DNA of 64,000 nucleotides from an uncultured Gemmatimonadales bacterium (lineage in GTDB: Bacteria; Gemmatimonadota; Gemmatimonadetes; Gemmatimonadales; Gemmatimonadaceae), in assembly GCA_963838855.1 (NCBI GenBank), contig CAWISX010000019.1, positions 57,494-121,493 of the forward strand. The letters run 5' to 3'. Under the pieces are notes generated by a model, which made no database searches, was not told the origin of the DNA, and saw nothing but the letters and a program-made list of their open reading frames with translations. Every line of letters begins with the position of its first letter. Within the stretch, counting starts at the first letter, position 1. The translations under genes were made by a program, and so were the position numbers. Below are positions 10,180 through 20,300 of the stretch, piece by piece.

Positions 10180-10908
10180 GCGCTCGCGAGCCGGATCGCC
10201 GCGCCGTCCCGCGCGGACAGCAAAGTCACCGTAGCTTCTACGCGGCGATCGTACTGATCGCTCGTTGCTGGCGTAGCCGCGCTGGCTTATCTCGTTGGCC
10301 GTCCCAAGGCGGCACCAGTGTCTACCTACGTTCCGACGATGCCGGCCGGAGTTGCAAAGGGATACTCGACGGGACGGCCGGACGCGCCGGTGCAGATGCT
10401 CGAATTCGCCGATTTCGAGTGTCCGGCGTGCGCCCATTATTCCGTGGTTACCGAGCCGGACGTACGGAGCCACCTGGTAGACGCCGGCTCGCTGCGCGTG
10501 ACGTACTACGACTTTCCGCTGCCGATGCACAAGAACACGTGGTGGGCGTCTCACGCTGCCGCTTGTGCCGACGACCAGGGCAAGTTCTGGGAGATGCACG
10601 ACCGGATCTTCGCCGGGCAGAACGATTGGAATGGCGAGACGACGGACAATCCCGTGCCGATTCTGGAAGGCTACGCCAAGGCTCTCGGGCTCGACGTACC
10701 CAAGTGGCGCGCGTGCGTCGATGGCCGCGTGCATCAACGAGACATAGAGGCAAACCGCGCCGAAGCCGAGCGGCGGCAGGTCCAGCAAACGCCGACGTTC
10801 GTGATCGGCAACCGCATGATCGCGGGGTCGATTTCGTACGACGAGATCAAAGCGTACGTGGACACCGCACGCGCGGGCGCCGCCGCCAAACCGTCGGCCG
10901 CGCAGTAG
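10176..10908 (+). CDS. DsbA-family thiol:disulfide oxidoreductase, apparent frameshift near 10258
   Basis: The track ORF 10318-10908 has a thioredoxin fold with the redox motif FECPAC. The N-terminal cytoplasmic stretch and first half of the TM helix (MSAREPDRR...FYAAIVLIA) are in another frame from GTG 10176. The helix continues (LVAGVAALAYLVGRP) in the DsbA frame, which opens only after TGA 10255-10257. Confidence 0.75.
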
Positions 10909-10918
10909 ACAAGAGCCG

Positions 10919-11351
10919 GTGACGAAGCGCCGAGTGGTGGCGCTACTCGCGCTCCTGGGGTGCTTCGTCGCCTCGTATCTGGCGCTGTACAAGCTCGGTT
11001 ACATAGGTCAGCTGTCATGCGCCGTTGGATCGTGTGAGCGAGTGAACACGAGTCGGTGGGCCGTCTTTCTGGGCGCTCCGGTAGCGCTGTGGGGGGTGGC
11101 GTTTTACCTCGTAGTCTTCGCGGTCGCCGTGATCGGCTCCCTGCCCCGCTACGGCGACGAGCGCGGCGTGTCCGTCCTTCTCGGCGTCATTGTCGCTCGT
11201 CGGAGTGCTGTTCACGGCGTACCTCACATCACTCGAGTTCTTCGTCATTCACGCCATGTGCATCTGGTGTGTCGTCTCGGCGTGCATCGTAACGACAATT
11301 TTCGTGGTCAGCGCACTTGACCTCCGGGAGATCCGATGCAACACAACATGA
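10919..11351 (+). CDS. vitamin K epoxide reductase (VKOR) family protein, apparent +1 frameshift near 11190
   Basis: The first part (track ORF) reads [43 protein letters not shown] and carries the loop Cys pair. The C-terminal TM segment with the CXXC motif ([35 protein letters not shown]) is readable only in the frame that opens after a stop at 11109-11111 and ends at TGA 11349-11351. Confidence 0.75.
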
Positions 11352-11665
11352 CTACAACGACCTTGACGCTCGACGGATTCCGTGTCATCCGGACGCTTGG
11401 CGTCGTTCGCGGTATCACGGTGCGCTCGCGCTCCATTGTCGGAAATTTCGGGGCTGCCATCCAGTCCATCTTCGGCGGCAATATCTCGCTGCTGACCACT
11501 CTCTGCGAGCGTGCGCGCGAGGAGGCGTTCGACTTGATGCTCGCGCACGCCGAGCAGCTAGGCGCGAATGCGGTGCTGTGCGTTCGATACGACGCCACGG
11601 AAGTCATGCAGGGGATGTCCGAAGTTCTCTGCTACGGCACGGCCGTCGTGGTCGAGCCAGCCTAG
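11336..11665 (+). CDS. YbjQ/UPF0145 family protein
   Basis: 109-aa [42 protein letters not shown]...[11 protein letters not shown] matches my memory of the YbjQ family pattern. Confidence 0.8.
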   Translation: MQHNMTTTTLTLDGFRVIRTLGVVRGITVRSRSIVGNFGAAIQSIFGGNISLLTTLCERAREEAFDLMLAHAEQLGANAVLCVRYDATEVMQGMSEVLCYGTAVVVEPA

Positions 11666-11674
11666 CCAAGCGCG

Positions 11675-12479
11675 CTACGCGCGCGGATCCAGCGCGTCAC
11701 GCAAGGCGTCACCCAGCAGGTTGAATCCCAGCACCGCCGCGCCAATCGCCAGGCCCGGCGCCGAGCGATGTCCAAGGGGCGTGGCGGAGTTGACCGAGGT
11801 CGCGCCCGTCGGCGATCATCGCGCCCCAGCTCGGGGTTGGCGGCTGGACGCCCAAACCCTAGAAATGACAGCGCGGCCTCGGCCATGATCGCGCCGGCGA
11901 CGCCAAGCGTCGCCGCGATGATTACGGGCGCGGCCACGTTCGGTAGCAGGTGGCGGGCAACGATTCGCATGTCACGCGCGCCGAGCGCGCGCACGGCCTG
12001 CACGTACTCCAGTTGCCGCACGACCAACGCCTGACCGCGAACGAGTCGGGCCATCCCCGCCCAGCCTACGACCCCAATCGTTGCGAAGACGACGGTCAGG
12101 GACGGCTGCACGGCGGCGACGATCGCGATCAGCAACAGCAGCGTGGGAAACGCCAGCGTTACGTCTGCCAGCCGCATGATGACCTCGTCCACCCATCGGC
12201 CGTAGTAGCCGGCGATCGAGGCCCAGACAAACGCCCAGCGTGACCGCGATCAGCTGCGACATCGACGCCTACCGCCAGCGAAACACGCGCTCCGTAGACC
12301 AGCCGCGCCCACACATCGCGACCCTGGACGTCCGTGCCGAGCCAGTGCGTGGCGGACGGCGGCTCGAGCCGGTGTACGAGGTCTATGTGAACGGGATCGA
12401 CCCGCGCCAGCACCGGCGCGGTGACCGCAGCGCCTATCATCGCGACGACTACGATGGTCGCCGGCCACCGCGCGCCCAT
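11675..12479 (-). pseudogene. Dpp/Opp-type ABC transporter permease (DppC-like), at least 4 frameshifts and a truncated N-terminus
   Basis: The expected protein can be read only by hopping frames. The pieces are ...HWLGTDVQGRDVWARLVYGARVSLAVGV, then SQLIAVTLGVCLGL, then IAGYYGRWVDEVIMRLADVTLAFP...AALSFLGFG, then VQPPTPSWGAMIADGRDLGQLRHAPWTSL, then APGLAIGAAVLGFNLLGDALRDALDPRA followed by the stop at 11675-11677. Shifts lie near 12265, 12213, 11848 and 11768. An in-frame stop at 12510 lies only 10 codons upstream of the ATG. Confidence 0.8.
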
Positions 12480-12509
12480 CGCGAGCCAGGCGGCCCCACG
12501 CTCCCGGCC

Positions 12510-13435
12510 TCATGCGCTGCCGTTCGCGGCCGGCTCGGTAGTCGCGGACTGGCTGCCGCCTCCATCGTCGATGGTGCCAGAGGTACTGCTCTGGATACTC
12601 TCGCACCCACCGCTCGAGCACGGCCGTGTAGGCAGCGACAACCGAATCGACGTCCCGCTCGCGGTCGCCCGTGTCCACGATCTCAATGGGCTCCACGACT
12701 GCGCGATACCGGCCCAGACGGCAGCCTGACAGCCGTTCCAAACACCACCGGCACTCCCAGGCGAAGCGCGAACACTGCCGGCCCTCGAGGCGTCTTAGCG
12801 GGCCTCCCAAAAAATGGCACGAACGTCGACGCCATCCCCTTCAACCCTTGGTCGGCGACGAACCCGACGACGTGACCTTCGCGCAACGATCTAGGTACCC
12901 GGCGCACTGCCTCGCTGTCGGCCAGGACGGTCACTCCTGCGCGCCCACGAGATGCGGTGAGATATCGGTCGAAGAGCGGGTTTGCCATGCGACGCGCGAT
13001 TGCATCGACCGGCACTCCACGCGCCGCGATGTACGCGGCACCCAGCTCCCAATTACCGAAATGTCCCGTCACGAGAATCACGCCACGGCCGGCCGCGTGC
13101 AGGCGCGCAAGCTCTGACCATTGTGATTCCTCGTCGAACAGCGCCCGCACTCCGGAGTTTCCGAGCGATGGCAACAGCGCGGCTTCGACAGACACGCGTC
13201 CCAGATTGTCGTACGCGCCACGCGCCACGCGCTGGACTCGTGCGCGATCCCACTGCGGGAAGGCGGCGGCGATCTGATCCTCGACCACCCGTGAGCGAAT
13301 GCCAAGCGGCCGGTAGCCCAATCGCGCCACGCGCGCGCCCACCGAGACCGCGCTCGACCAGGGCATGGCTGCCAGCACCGCCATGCCGCCGCGTAAAGCG
13401 TAATACTCAGCGCGGTCGGCTACGGATGCTCTCAC
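12510..13435 (-). CDS. lipid A biosynthesis late acyltransferase (LpxL/HtrB family), apparent frameshift near 12715; 3' end uncertain
   Basis: Contains the VTGHFGNWELGAAY acyltransferase motif. The C-terminal RYRAVVEPIEIV...EQYLWHHRRWRRQP continues in the frame of track ORF 12250-12810. The GTG start at 13435 overlaps the stop of the upstream glycosyltransferase. Confidence 0.7.
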
Positions 13436-14628
13436 GCCCCGAGGCCCGCTAGCGGAGTGCCGGTGACCCGCGCAACGAACGCGAGCGTCTCCCGGGCAAC
13501 GCGATCCCAATTGTAGTGAGATTCGACCGCGCGACGCCCCGCGCAACCCATGGCCTGCCGGCGGCCCGCATCGTCCAACAGCATCCGCATGGCTTGGGCG
13601 ACCGCATCAACATCCGTCGGAGGCACTACTAGGCCGGTCTCCCGATCACGGACTGCGGAGCGTACGCCGCCGGAATCGCCCGCAATGGTCGGAACGCCAC
13701 TCGCCGCAGCTTCCACGAAGGAGATGCCGAAGCCTTCCACATCGATCTCTTTGTCAATCCGAGACAGCCCTACGTACACAGTCGATGTCGCATAGGTGTC
13801 GGCCACCTCGGCATCCGTCATCCCTCCAGCGAACACCACGCGATCCGCGATCCCGAGTTGCGCTGCCAACGCCCGCAGTCGCGATTCATCCGGGCCGTCA
13901 CCCACGACGGCGTACCGGATCGTCGGGTGCGATGCGACAAGCCGCGCCACCGCGCGCAGCGCAATGTCTTGGCCTTTGTGCGGGACCAACCGCGCCACGG
14001 TCAGCAGCAGTGGGTCGCCGCCAATACCCCACCGTCGTCGGATCACCCCGGAGTCACGCTCCCGCGAGAAAAACGTGGGGTCAGTTCCAAGGTCGATCGC
14101 CGCGACTGGGGGTGGACGGCGCACTCCGACTTGCCGCATCACATCGACGACGAGATTGGCTGAATAAGTTGAAATTGCGACGACACCCGCCGCGTCTGAA
14201 AAGATCCGTCGGGCCACCCACCGCTTCATTACGTTGCGCGCCGCTTTGCGCCGCTCTCGTAGCACGTCGCCCCCGTACACGTACACAACGTAGGGTACCC
14301 CCCGCCGGCGATGTGCCCACCAAACGGGATAGCCAGCCGGACGCACGTTTCCGCAATGCAGCACGTCACCCGCGCTGACCTGCGCCGCAACAGATGTGGC
14401 CCAGCGCGCCGCGTTGGGAAACGTCTTCGCGCCACGCATTGTGAACGGTTGTCGCAGGATCTCGTACCGCTCGCCCGCGTCGAACGCCGACGCCCGCGAA
14501 GCCTCCTCGGAAGCGACTGTCGAAACTACGGTCACTTCAGGCCGAATCCGGCGACACAGCTCGACGTGCCGTCGCGCCATCCCGCCACCAACCGGCGGGT
14601 AGTCCTGTGTCACGAAGACGTGGCGCAC
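13432..14628 (-). CDS. glycosyltransferase family 4 (GT-B, GT1/GT4 type)
   Basis: The C-terminal half carries the EGFGISFVEAAASGVPTIA motif. I chose the start at GTG 14628 (VRHVFVTQDYPPVGGG). The Arg-rich 160-aa extension in the track ORF is rejected. Confidence 0.85.
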   Translation of the reverse strand: MRHVFVTQDYPPVGGGMARRHVELCRRIRPEVTVVSTVASEEASRASAFDAGERYEILRQPFTMRGAKTFPNAARWATSVAAQVSAGDVLHCGNVRPAGYPVWWAHRRRGVPYVVYVYGGDVLRERRKAARNVMKRWVARRIFSDAAGVVAISTYSANLVVDVMRQVGVRRPPPVAAIDLGTDPTFFSRERDSGVIRRRWGIGGDPLLLTVARLVPHKGQDIALRAVARLVASHPTIRYAVVGDGPDESRLRALAAQLGIADRVVFAGGMTDAEVADTYATSTVYVGLSRIDKEIDVEGFGISFVEAAASGVPTIAGDSGGVRSAVRDRETGLVVPPTDVDAVAQAMRMLLDDAGRRQAMGCAGRRAVESHYNWDRVARETLAFVARVTGTPLAGLGA

Positions 14629-15590
14629 GGATTCTCCCAAGGCCGACCGCTGAGCAGAAAGGGCAGCCGGGCGTCGTACGTGTGATGCTCGCGCGCAAAT
14701 GCCTCGCCTGCCGCTCTTAGGCGAGCCCGCTGCTCGGGTTGGCGAAGCAGCGCGACAAGTCGGGTGGCGCAATCTTCGGCGTCGGCATACCACACGCAGT
14801 GCATGCCATCCGTGAGCATTCGGTCGAGTCCTGGCGTCCGTTGGCCTAGATAACATGCGCCGGCAAGCAGGGACATCCAGACGCGGTCGGACGCATATGT
14901 GGTCGCGCCCGCGGCGCGCGATGGGTTCACGCCAAGCACGACATCCGCGCTCGAGCACACGGCCGCGAACGCGCGTCCTTCGACCTTGCGGCCGGACCGA
15001 ACGAGTGTCGAATCTCTGCCGCGCCCCCAGCCCGGGCCCCACACATGCACGGGCATACCCGCGCGCTCGGCGACGTGCCGTAGAAAGGCGCCTCTCTCCG
15101 GATCGTACGCCGACCCAATGAATGCCGCCTCCGAAGCAAATCGCGGCTCCCTGGGAACGGGAACGATTTCACGCGCACCGGCCGCCGGGAGGAACGCTGC
15201 CGACTCGACGTGCGCGCGCCACTCTGCCTCGAATCCGGTCACGAAAAACGTGGATGCGAGCCGACCGACCGAGATGACGTGTGCAACGTCGGGCCGGTCC
15301 GTATCACGGTACCATTGTGGGTCGTGATACCACATTGCGTTGGCATGTCCCGCGATAATGCGCGCGACGGTCGCGGTCTCTAGTCCTAGGCACTTTGAAA
15401 GAAACACAAAGTCCGGGCGGAACCGCTCGGCGCGGCGGAGCGCCAGTTGTTGCGAGATCCGATGGCCCACGAGCCGCCGCGTCCGGCGGTCATCGAACAG
15501 TGAAGTCTCATGTCCTGCGCGGCGCAGAGCCCGCTCGACCGACGCCTCCATGCGCCAGGGATTGCGATGCCCGATCAGCAGCACGCGCAA
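14610..15590 (-). CDS. putative glycosyltransferase (CgeB-like / DUF3880-type)
   Basis: 326-aa ORF embedded between two glycosyltransferase genes. It begins MRVLLIGHRNPW and the overall pattern resembles CgeB-like proteins. Family assignment is from memory only. Confidence 0.5.
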   Translation of the reverse strand: MRVLLIGHRNPWRMEASVERALRRAGHETSLFDDRRTRRLVGHRISQQLALRRAERFRPDFVFLSKCLGLETATVARIIAGHANAMWYHDPQWYRDTDRPDVAHVISVGRLASTFFVTGFEAEWRAHVESAAFLPAAGAREIVPVPREPRFASEAAFIGSAYDPERGAFLRHVAERAGMPVHVWGPGWGRGRDSTLVRSGRKVEGRAFAAVCSSADVVLGVNPSRAAGATTYASDRVWMSLLAGACYLGQRTPGLDRMLTDGMHCVWYADAEDCATRLVALLRQPEQRARLRAAGEAFAREHHTYDARLPFLLSGRPWENPCATSS

Positions 15591-15602
15591 GGGCGTCCTC
15601 GC

Positions 15603-16703
15603 TCACGCCGACCAGCGGGTCCGGTCTCGTCCGGACTCCGTCGCTCGCTGCATCCCGTCGAGCATCGCACGCTCCGAGTAGTCCCGCGCGACGCGCACGC
15701 GCCCGGCGTTGCCCATGGCCTCGCGCTGCGCATCGTTCGCCAGAAGCTCGGCCACGACTGAGGCCGTGGCTGTAGCGTCGCCAGGCGGCACCGATACACC
15801 CGTGATGCCGTCGGCAACGTACCGCTGCGCCACGCTTCCCCGATCCACAAGCACGGGCGTGCGCATCGCCATGAAATCCAGGGCCGCGAAACCGGCTGAA
15901 TCCTCACCGGCAACCACCCATCCCAGCACGCCGGCTCGCAATACCGCCAGGTCATCATCGCGCTCGCCCACATGGCTGACGGCCCGCGTGATGCCAAGTG
16001 CCGCGGCGTGCATGCGCAAATCCTCGTTGCCTGAGTCCGGCCCTATCAGAACGAGATGCAGCTCGGGGTGCCGAGGCGCCAGCAATCCCATAGTCCGCAA
16101 AACCGTCGCTGCCCGCTGCTTGCCGGACGGATCGTATACGCAGACGATGACTCGCGACCCCGGCGCGGCACCGAGGCTGGCCAGAGGAGCAGCCCGCAAT
16201 TCGTCGTAACGCTCTACGTCGACGCCAAGGTCCGCGACAACGGTCTCGCGCACCCGCTCGACTCCGAGCCCAGCCGCGGCTTGCACTTCGGCCTCCGAGG
16301 CGAAGACGAATCCGCCCGTCGCGAGCCGCAGCGCGAGCCTAGTCGCACGCCCCGCGACGAATTGCCCGCCAGCCGGTGTCCGTCGCACCACGCCCCCGCG
16401 GCCAGCGAGTCGCACTGCGAGCGAGACAGCAAGCTGCTCCCGCTCGGTGTGGACGAACACGGTCTCGATGAACCGCTCCGTCAGGATGTGTTGGAGACGC
16501 CACCCCTCGACAGGAAGAGGCGCATTCGGGTCCAAAGCGATGACATCGCACCCTTCCGCGGCCGCGCGGGCCCCGACTGCGCCATCCGGCGGGCAAACGT
16601 ACGTGACCTGATAGCCCCGCTCCGCCAACCCTCGGCCGGCCGCCGCAAAGACGCGCGCAGCACCTGTGGAGCTACGCGAGGAATAGTAGAACAGGACTCG
16701 CAC
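15603..16703 (-). CDS. glycosyltransferase family 1/4
   Basis: 366-aa ORF with a GT-B layout. MRVLFYYSSRSSTGAARV forms the N-terminal Rossmann half. The C-terminal half reads ...LGWVVAGEDSAGFAALDFMAMRTPVL. Confidence 0.8.
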   Translation of the reverse strand: MRVLFYYSSRSSTGAARVFAAAGRGLAERGYQVTYVCPPDGAVGARAAAEGCDVIALDPNAPLPVEGWRLQHILTERFIETVFVHTEREQLAVSLAVRLAGRGGVVRRTPAGGQFVAGRATRLALRLATGGFVFASEAEVQAAAGLGVERVRETVVADLGVDVERYDELRAAPLASLGAAPGSRVIVCVYDPSGKQRAATVLRTMGLLAPRHPELHLVLIGPDSGNEDLRMHAAALGITRAVSHVGERDDDLAVLRAGVLGWVVAGEDSAGFAALDFMAMRTPVLVDRGSVAQRYVADGITGVSVPPGDATATASVVAELLANDAQREAMGNAGRVRVARDYSERAMLDGMQRATESGRDRTRWSA

Positions 16704-18547
16704 TACGACACCGTGGCGCCGTCTTCCACCTCGCGGAACTGCAAGGAATACAGTCGATGATACACGCCGCGTTCGGCGAGCAGCTCAGTGTGAGTACCAC
16801 GCTCCACGATACGTCCACGATCCAGCACCAGGATCACGTCCGCATGACTCACCGTCGACAAGCGGTGGGCGATGACGAAGACCGTCCGCCCAGCCAATAG
16901 GCGATCGATGGCTTCCTGCACTAGACGCTCGGATTCGGCGTCGAGTGAAGATGTGGCTTCGTCGAGAATTAGGATGGGCGGGTCTGTGAGCAGCGCGCGC
17001 GCGATGGCAATTCGTTGGCGTTGTCCGCCGGAGAGCCGCGTGCCGCGTTCGCCCAGCACCGTGTCGTATCCGTTCGGCAAGTCCCGAATGAAGGCGTCAG
17101 CGTTGGCCGCGCTGGCCGCCGCGGCGACTTGCTCGTCGGTGTACCGCCCCGAGCCACCGTAGACAATGTTGCTTCGAACGGTGTCGTTGAACAGGACGGT
17201 GTCCTGGCTGACGATGCCTGTCAGCGCGCGCAGAGCCGGCAGGGCAATCTCGCGTGTGTCGACACCGGCCAACACAATGCGGCCGTGTGTTGGCTCGGCA
17301 AATCGCGGGATCAGATCGACTAGCGTGCTCTTTCCTGCGCCGCTTGGTCCCACGAGCGCCACGATCTCGCCGCGCCGCGCCGTAAACGACACGTTCGAGA
17401 GAACCGGCTCGCCTGCCTCCCCAGACTCCCCCGGGTAGGCGAAAGACACCTCCTCGAACTCTATTGCTTCGAAGTTCGGATCGGCGGCGCGCGTGCCACG
17501 ATCTAGAGCGGCCTCGGTAGGCCTGTCCAATATCTCGAACACCCTTTCCGCCGACGCCAGCGATGCCTGAGCGACCGTAGGCAGTTGAGCGAGCTGCTTG
17601 AGCGGCTGCAGCAGCCTGAGAACAACGCTGAGAAACACGATTAGCTGTGAGCCTTGCAGCGTACCGTCTACGAGCACCTGCCGCGCACCGACCCAGAGCA
17701 GGGCGACGGCCACGACCGTTCCCAGCATCTCCGTGATCGGCTGCGACAGAAGCGCGATTCGCGTGAGCCGTAGCATGCCGCGCGAGTACTGGCCGCTGGC
17801 CTCGCGGAAACGTCCCTCTTCGTAGGCTTCGCCCCGAAAAGCCTTCACTAGCCGCATCCCCGCCACGACTTCTTGCAGCACGCTCAGCATCTCCCCGTAA
17901 TCGTTGCGCAACCGGCGATGGCCCTTGCGCAGCCGCCGGAGCAGCGGCTGCAGCATGCCTGTCACTGCGGGAGCGATCACCAGAGCTACCAGAGTGAGCC
18001 GCCACGACACCGCGAAGAGAAAGGCAACGTAGGCGACGATGAGCGTGAGGCTCTGCAACGCGGACGTGACTACTTGCGTGATCAGCGCTTTTGTTTGGTC
18101 GGTGTCCGTCAGCACGCGAGCCAGAATCTGGCCCGCCTTCGTCTGGGTGAAGTACCCGAGCGGGAGGCGCTGCAGGTGCGCATACACTGCGTTCCGCATG
18201 TCGCGCGTGACGTATTCCTGCAGCTGGGCCCCAAGCTGGCCGCTCCACCAGACGAAAAGGTTCTTGAGCGTGACGGTCACGAGAATGATGCCGATGACCG
18301 TCTCCAGGGATCCCATCTTGTCGTGTGGATCGAGCAGAGATCCGATCGTCGCACGCAGCAGGTGGGTCAGCCATCCCTGGCCCAATGGCAGCAGCGTCGG
18401 GAGCCCGAACAACGCGTTGAGAAAGGGAATCAGCAGCGCGAACGAGTACGCGTCGAGCGCGGCGCTGATGGCGCTGCACAGCACAGCCCCGGCCATCCGC
18501 CAGGCATGCGGACGCAGGAACGGCAGAAGCCTACGGTATGCGCCCAT
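16703..18547 (-). CDS. msbA: ABC transporter permease/ATPase fusion, MsbA-like lipid exporter
   Basis: 614 aa with an N-terminal 6-TM domain. Walker A GPSGAGKST, signature LSGGQRQRIAIARAL, Walker B ILILDEATSSLD. It heads the glycosyltransferase/LpxL cluster. Confidence 0.85.
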   Translation of the reverse strand: MGAYRRLLPFLRPHAWRMAGAVLCSAISAALDAYSFALLIPFLNALFGLPTLLPLGQGWLTHLLRATIGSLLDPHDKMGSLETVIGIILVTVTLKNLFVWWSGQLGAQLQEYVTRDMRNAVYAHLQRLPLGYFTQTKAGQILARVLTDTDQTKALITQVVTSALQSLTLIVAYVAFLFAVSWRLTLVALVIAPAVTGMLQPLLRRLRKGHRRLRNDYGEMLSVLQEVVAGMRLVKAFRGEAYEEGRFREASGQYSRGMLRLTRIALLSQPITEMLGTVVAVALLWVGARQVLVDGTLQGSQLIVFLSVVLRLLQPLKQLAQLPTVAQASLASAERVFEILDRPTEAALDRGTRAADPNFEAIEFEEVSFAYPGESGEAGEPVLSNVSFTARRGEIVALVGPSGAGKSTLVDLIPRFAEPTHGRIVLAGVDTREIALPALRALTGIVSQDTVLFNDTVRSNIVYGGSGRYTDEQVAAAASAANADAFIRDLPNGYDTVLGERGTRLSGGQRQRIAIARALLTDPPILILDEATSSLDAESERLVQEAIDRLLAGRTVFVIAHRLSTVSHADVILVLDRGRIVERGTHTELLAERGVYHRLYSLQFREVEDGATVS

Positions 18548-18590
18548 TCAGCACGCCCTGACGCGGGGACTCACCGCGCCGCGCCTCGCG

Positions 18591-20162
18591 TCACCGGGGC
18601 GTCAGGAGCGCAACCGGGAGGATAACCTCTTCGGGAGTGACGCCCCCATGCAGGAACGAGCCGCGGTAGCGGCTTTGGTATTCGCGCAACTTCGTCGGAT
18701 ACACAAAAAACGAGTCGCCAGCGGCCAGCAGCGTGTTCGCACCGAGCCCGCGACGCGGCAGCAGGAGCTGCTCCTCGCTCGGAAAAAGGAGCGCCTGCTC
18801 TGGGCGCTCGGCCCGCACATCCTCCCCGAACTTGTAGCGCAGATTGGCAGTGGCGTCCCGCTTTGCGTACACGGTGGCCGGAGTCTGACAGTGAATCGAC
18901 CCATGATCGCTCGTGAGAAGCACCGAGACTTTGCGCCGCGCCGCCTCGGTGAGCACCGCCAGCAGCGCCGAGCGTTGAAACCATTGGCGGGTGAGCTGAC
19001 GAAGTGCGATCTCGTCGCGCGCTACCTCATATAGGATCGCCGACTCGCTGCGTCCGTGCGTGAGCAAATCGATGAAGTTGAATACGAACGCTGTCACGCC
19101 GTCAGGAGCGATTGCACCGTTCACTCTCCGTTCGAGCTCGTCGGAGTCCGCCGACGTAGAGATCTTGTGGTACCGGACCGGCACCCTATGACCCAACTCG
19201 GTGAGATGCGCGTCGAGCAGTTCGCGCTCATGTCCGTTGAGTGTCTCGTCATCCCGCGCGGCCGGCCCCCCGGCCCACCAGTCCGGAAAACGGGCGGCGA
19301 TCTCACCAGGGAATAGCCCGCTGAAAAGAGCGTTCCGCGAGTACGGCGTCGCGGTCGGCAGGATCGAAAAGTGGTGAGTTACCTCGACGTCAAAAAGCGG
19401 GGCGAGCAATGGCTCGACGGCAAGCCACTGGTCGAGACGCAGGCAGTCCACCACGATGAACAGCGCAGCACGATCGCGTTGCAGCAACGGAAGCAGAAAC
19501 TCGCCAATCACGTCAACCGAAAGCGGCGGCCGGTCGTTATCCAGCTTCGCGAGCCATGCCGGGTAGGACGTCAACATGAACGAGGCAAACTCGCGGTGCA
19601 TGTCGGCATACAGACCGCGCAGAGACTCGTACAGGCCCGTCTCGCCCGCGGCGGCGAGCTCAACGTCCCAGTACATGTACTCGCCGAATCGCTCGACCCA
19701 GCCTCGCCAATCCAGCGGGCGTGCCCTTTCGAGCTCGATCGCCCGGAATCGCTCGACGAATCGTCGCGCGAGCGCCTGTTGGCGGATCCGCGGGCCGTCG
19801 AGAATCCGCCGAATTACCGTCAGAACCTGGCGCGGATTGATCGGCTTGACGAGATAGTCACGAACGTTGGCGCCGATCGCTTCCGTCAGCGTGGCGTCCT
19901 GGTCGCTCTTGGTAACCATGACCACCGGGACGTTGGGCGACAACTCGCGAAACTCGCGAAAGGCCTCGAGCCCGCGCTTGCCCGGCATTTGCTCGTCCAG
20001 GAGAACGACATCGAAGGCTCGGTGACGCAGGAGCTCCGTCGCGTCATCCGCGTTGCTCGTCCACTCGACGTCATACCCATTCTCGCGCAGGAAAATCCGG
20101 TGCGATTCGAGCAGGTCGGCCTCGTCGTCAACCCAAAGCACGGACTGCCGAGAGGCGCTCAT
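18591..20162 (-). CDS. response regulator receiver fused to a PglZ / alkaline-phosphatase-superfamily domain (PorX-like)
   Basis: The receiver domain reads VLWVDDEADLLESHRIFLRENGYDVEW...VVLLDEQMPGKRGLE...VVMVTKS. It is followed by ~400 aa ending in ...LLTSDHGSIH...GGVTPEEVILPVALL, typical of PglZ. The start is ATG 20162 or 20177; the track ORF extension to 20414 is rejected. Confidence 0.8.
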   Translation of the reverse strand: MSASRQSVLWVDDEADLLESHRIFLRENGYDVEWTSNADDATELLRHRAFDVVLLDEQMPGKRGLEAFREFRELSPNVPVVMVTKSDQDATLTEAIGANVRDYLVKPINPRQVLTVIRRILDGPRIRQQALARRFVERFRAIELERARPLDWRGWVERFGEYMYWDVELAAAGETGLYESLRGLYADMHREFASFMLTSYPAWLAKLDNDRPPLSVDVIGEFLLPLLQRDRAALFIVVDCLRLDQWLAVEPLLAPLFDVEVTHHFSILPTATPYSRNALFSGLFPGEIAARFPDWWAGGPAARDDETLNGHERELLDAHLTELGHRVPVRYHKISTSADSDELERRVNGAIAPDGVTAFVFNFIDLLTHGRSESAILYEVARDEIALRQLTRQWFQRSALLAVLTEAARRKVSVLLTSDHGSIHCQTPATVYAKRDATANLRYKFGEDVRAERPEQALLFPSEEQLLLPRRGLGANTLLAAGDSFFVYPTKLREYQSRYRGSFLHGGVTPEEVILPVALLTPR

Positions 20163-20300
20163 CGTAGAAGGGCCCATCGAGTGCAGAATGTACCGGCGCG
20201 CAGTAACTTCTTGAAGGTGTTCGGCAACCCCCCACCGTACGCCATTCCCGCGCCAACGTTCCTCTTTCCAGCCCTGGCGGCCCGGGCAGCGCGTGGACAA

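Noticed and set aside
9790-10992. 400-aa minus-strand ORF covering the 9859 ORF and the DsbA-like gene
   Set aside because: It is antisense to a gene with a clear thioredoxin CPAC motif, and its own composition is Arg-rich.
17097-18479. 460-aa minus-strand ORF in the track, overlapping the msbA-like gene in another frame
   Set aside because: Its composition is Arg/Ala/Gly/Pro-rich and low-complexity, typical of off-frame reading of GC-rich coding DNA. The overlapping frame carries unmistakable ABC motifs.
18591-20162. PglZ domain as a marker of a BREX-type phage defence system
   Set aside because: No pglX methyltransferase, brxC/pglY ATPase, brxL or other BREX genes are nearby. The domain is fused to a receiver, as in PorX-type regulators.
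19371-20290. The first ~300 codons of the 421-aa plus-strand ORF 19371-20636
   Set aside because: This part is antisense to the receiver-PglZ gene and low-complexity. Only the tail lying in the intergenic gap was kept, as a low-confidence feature.
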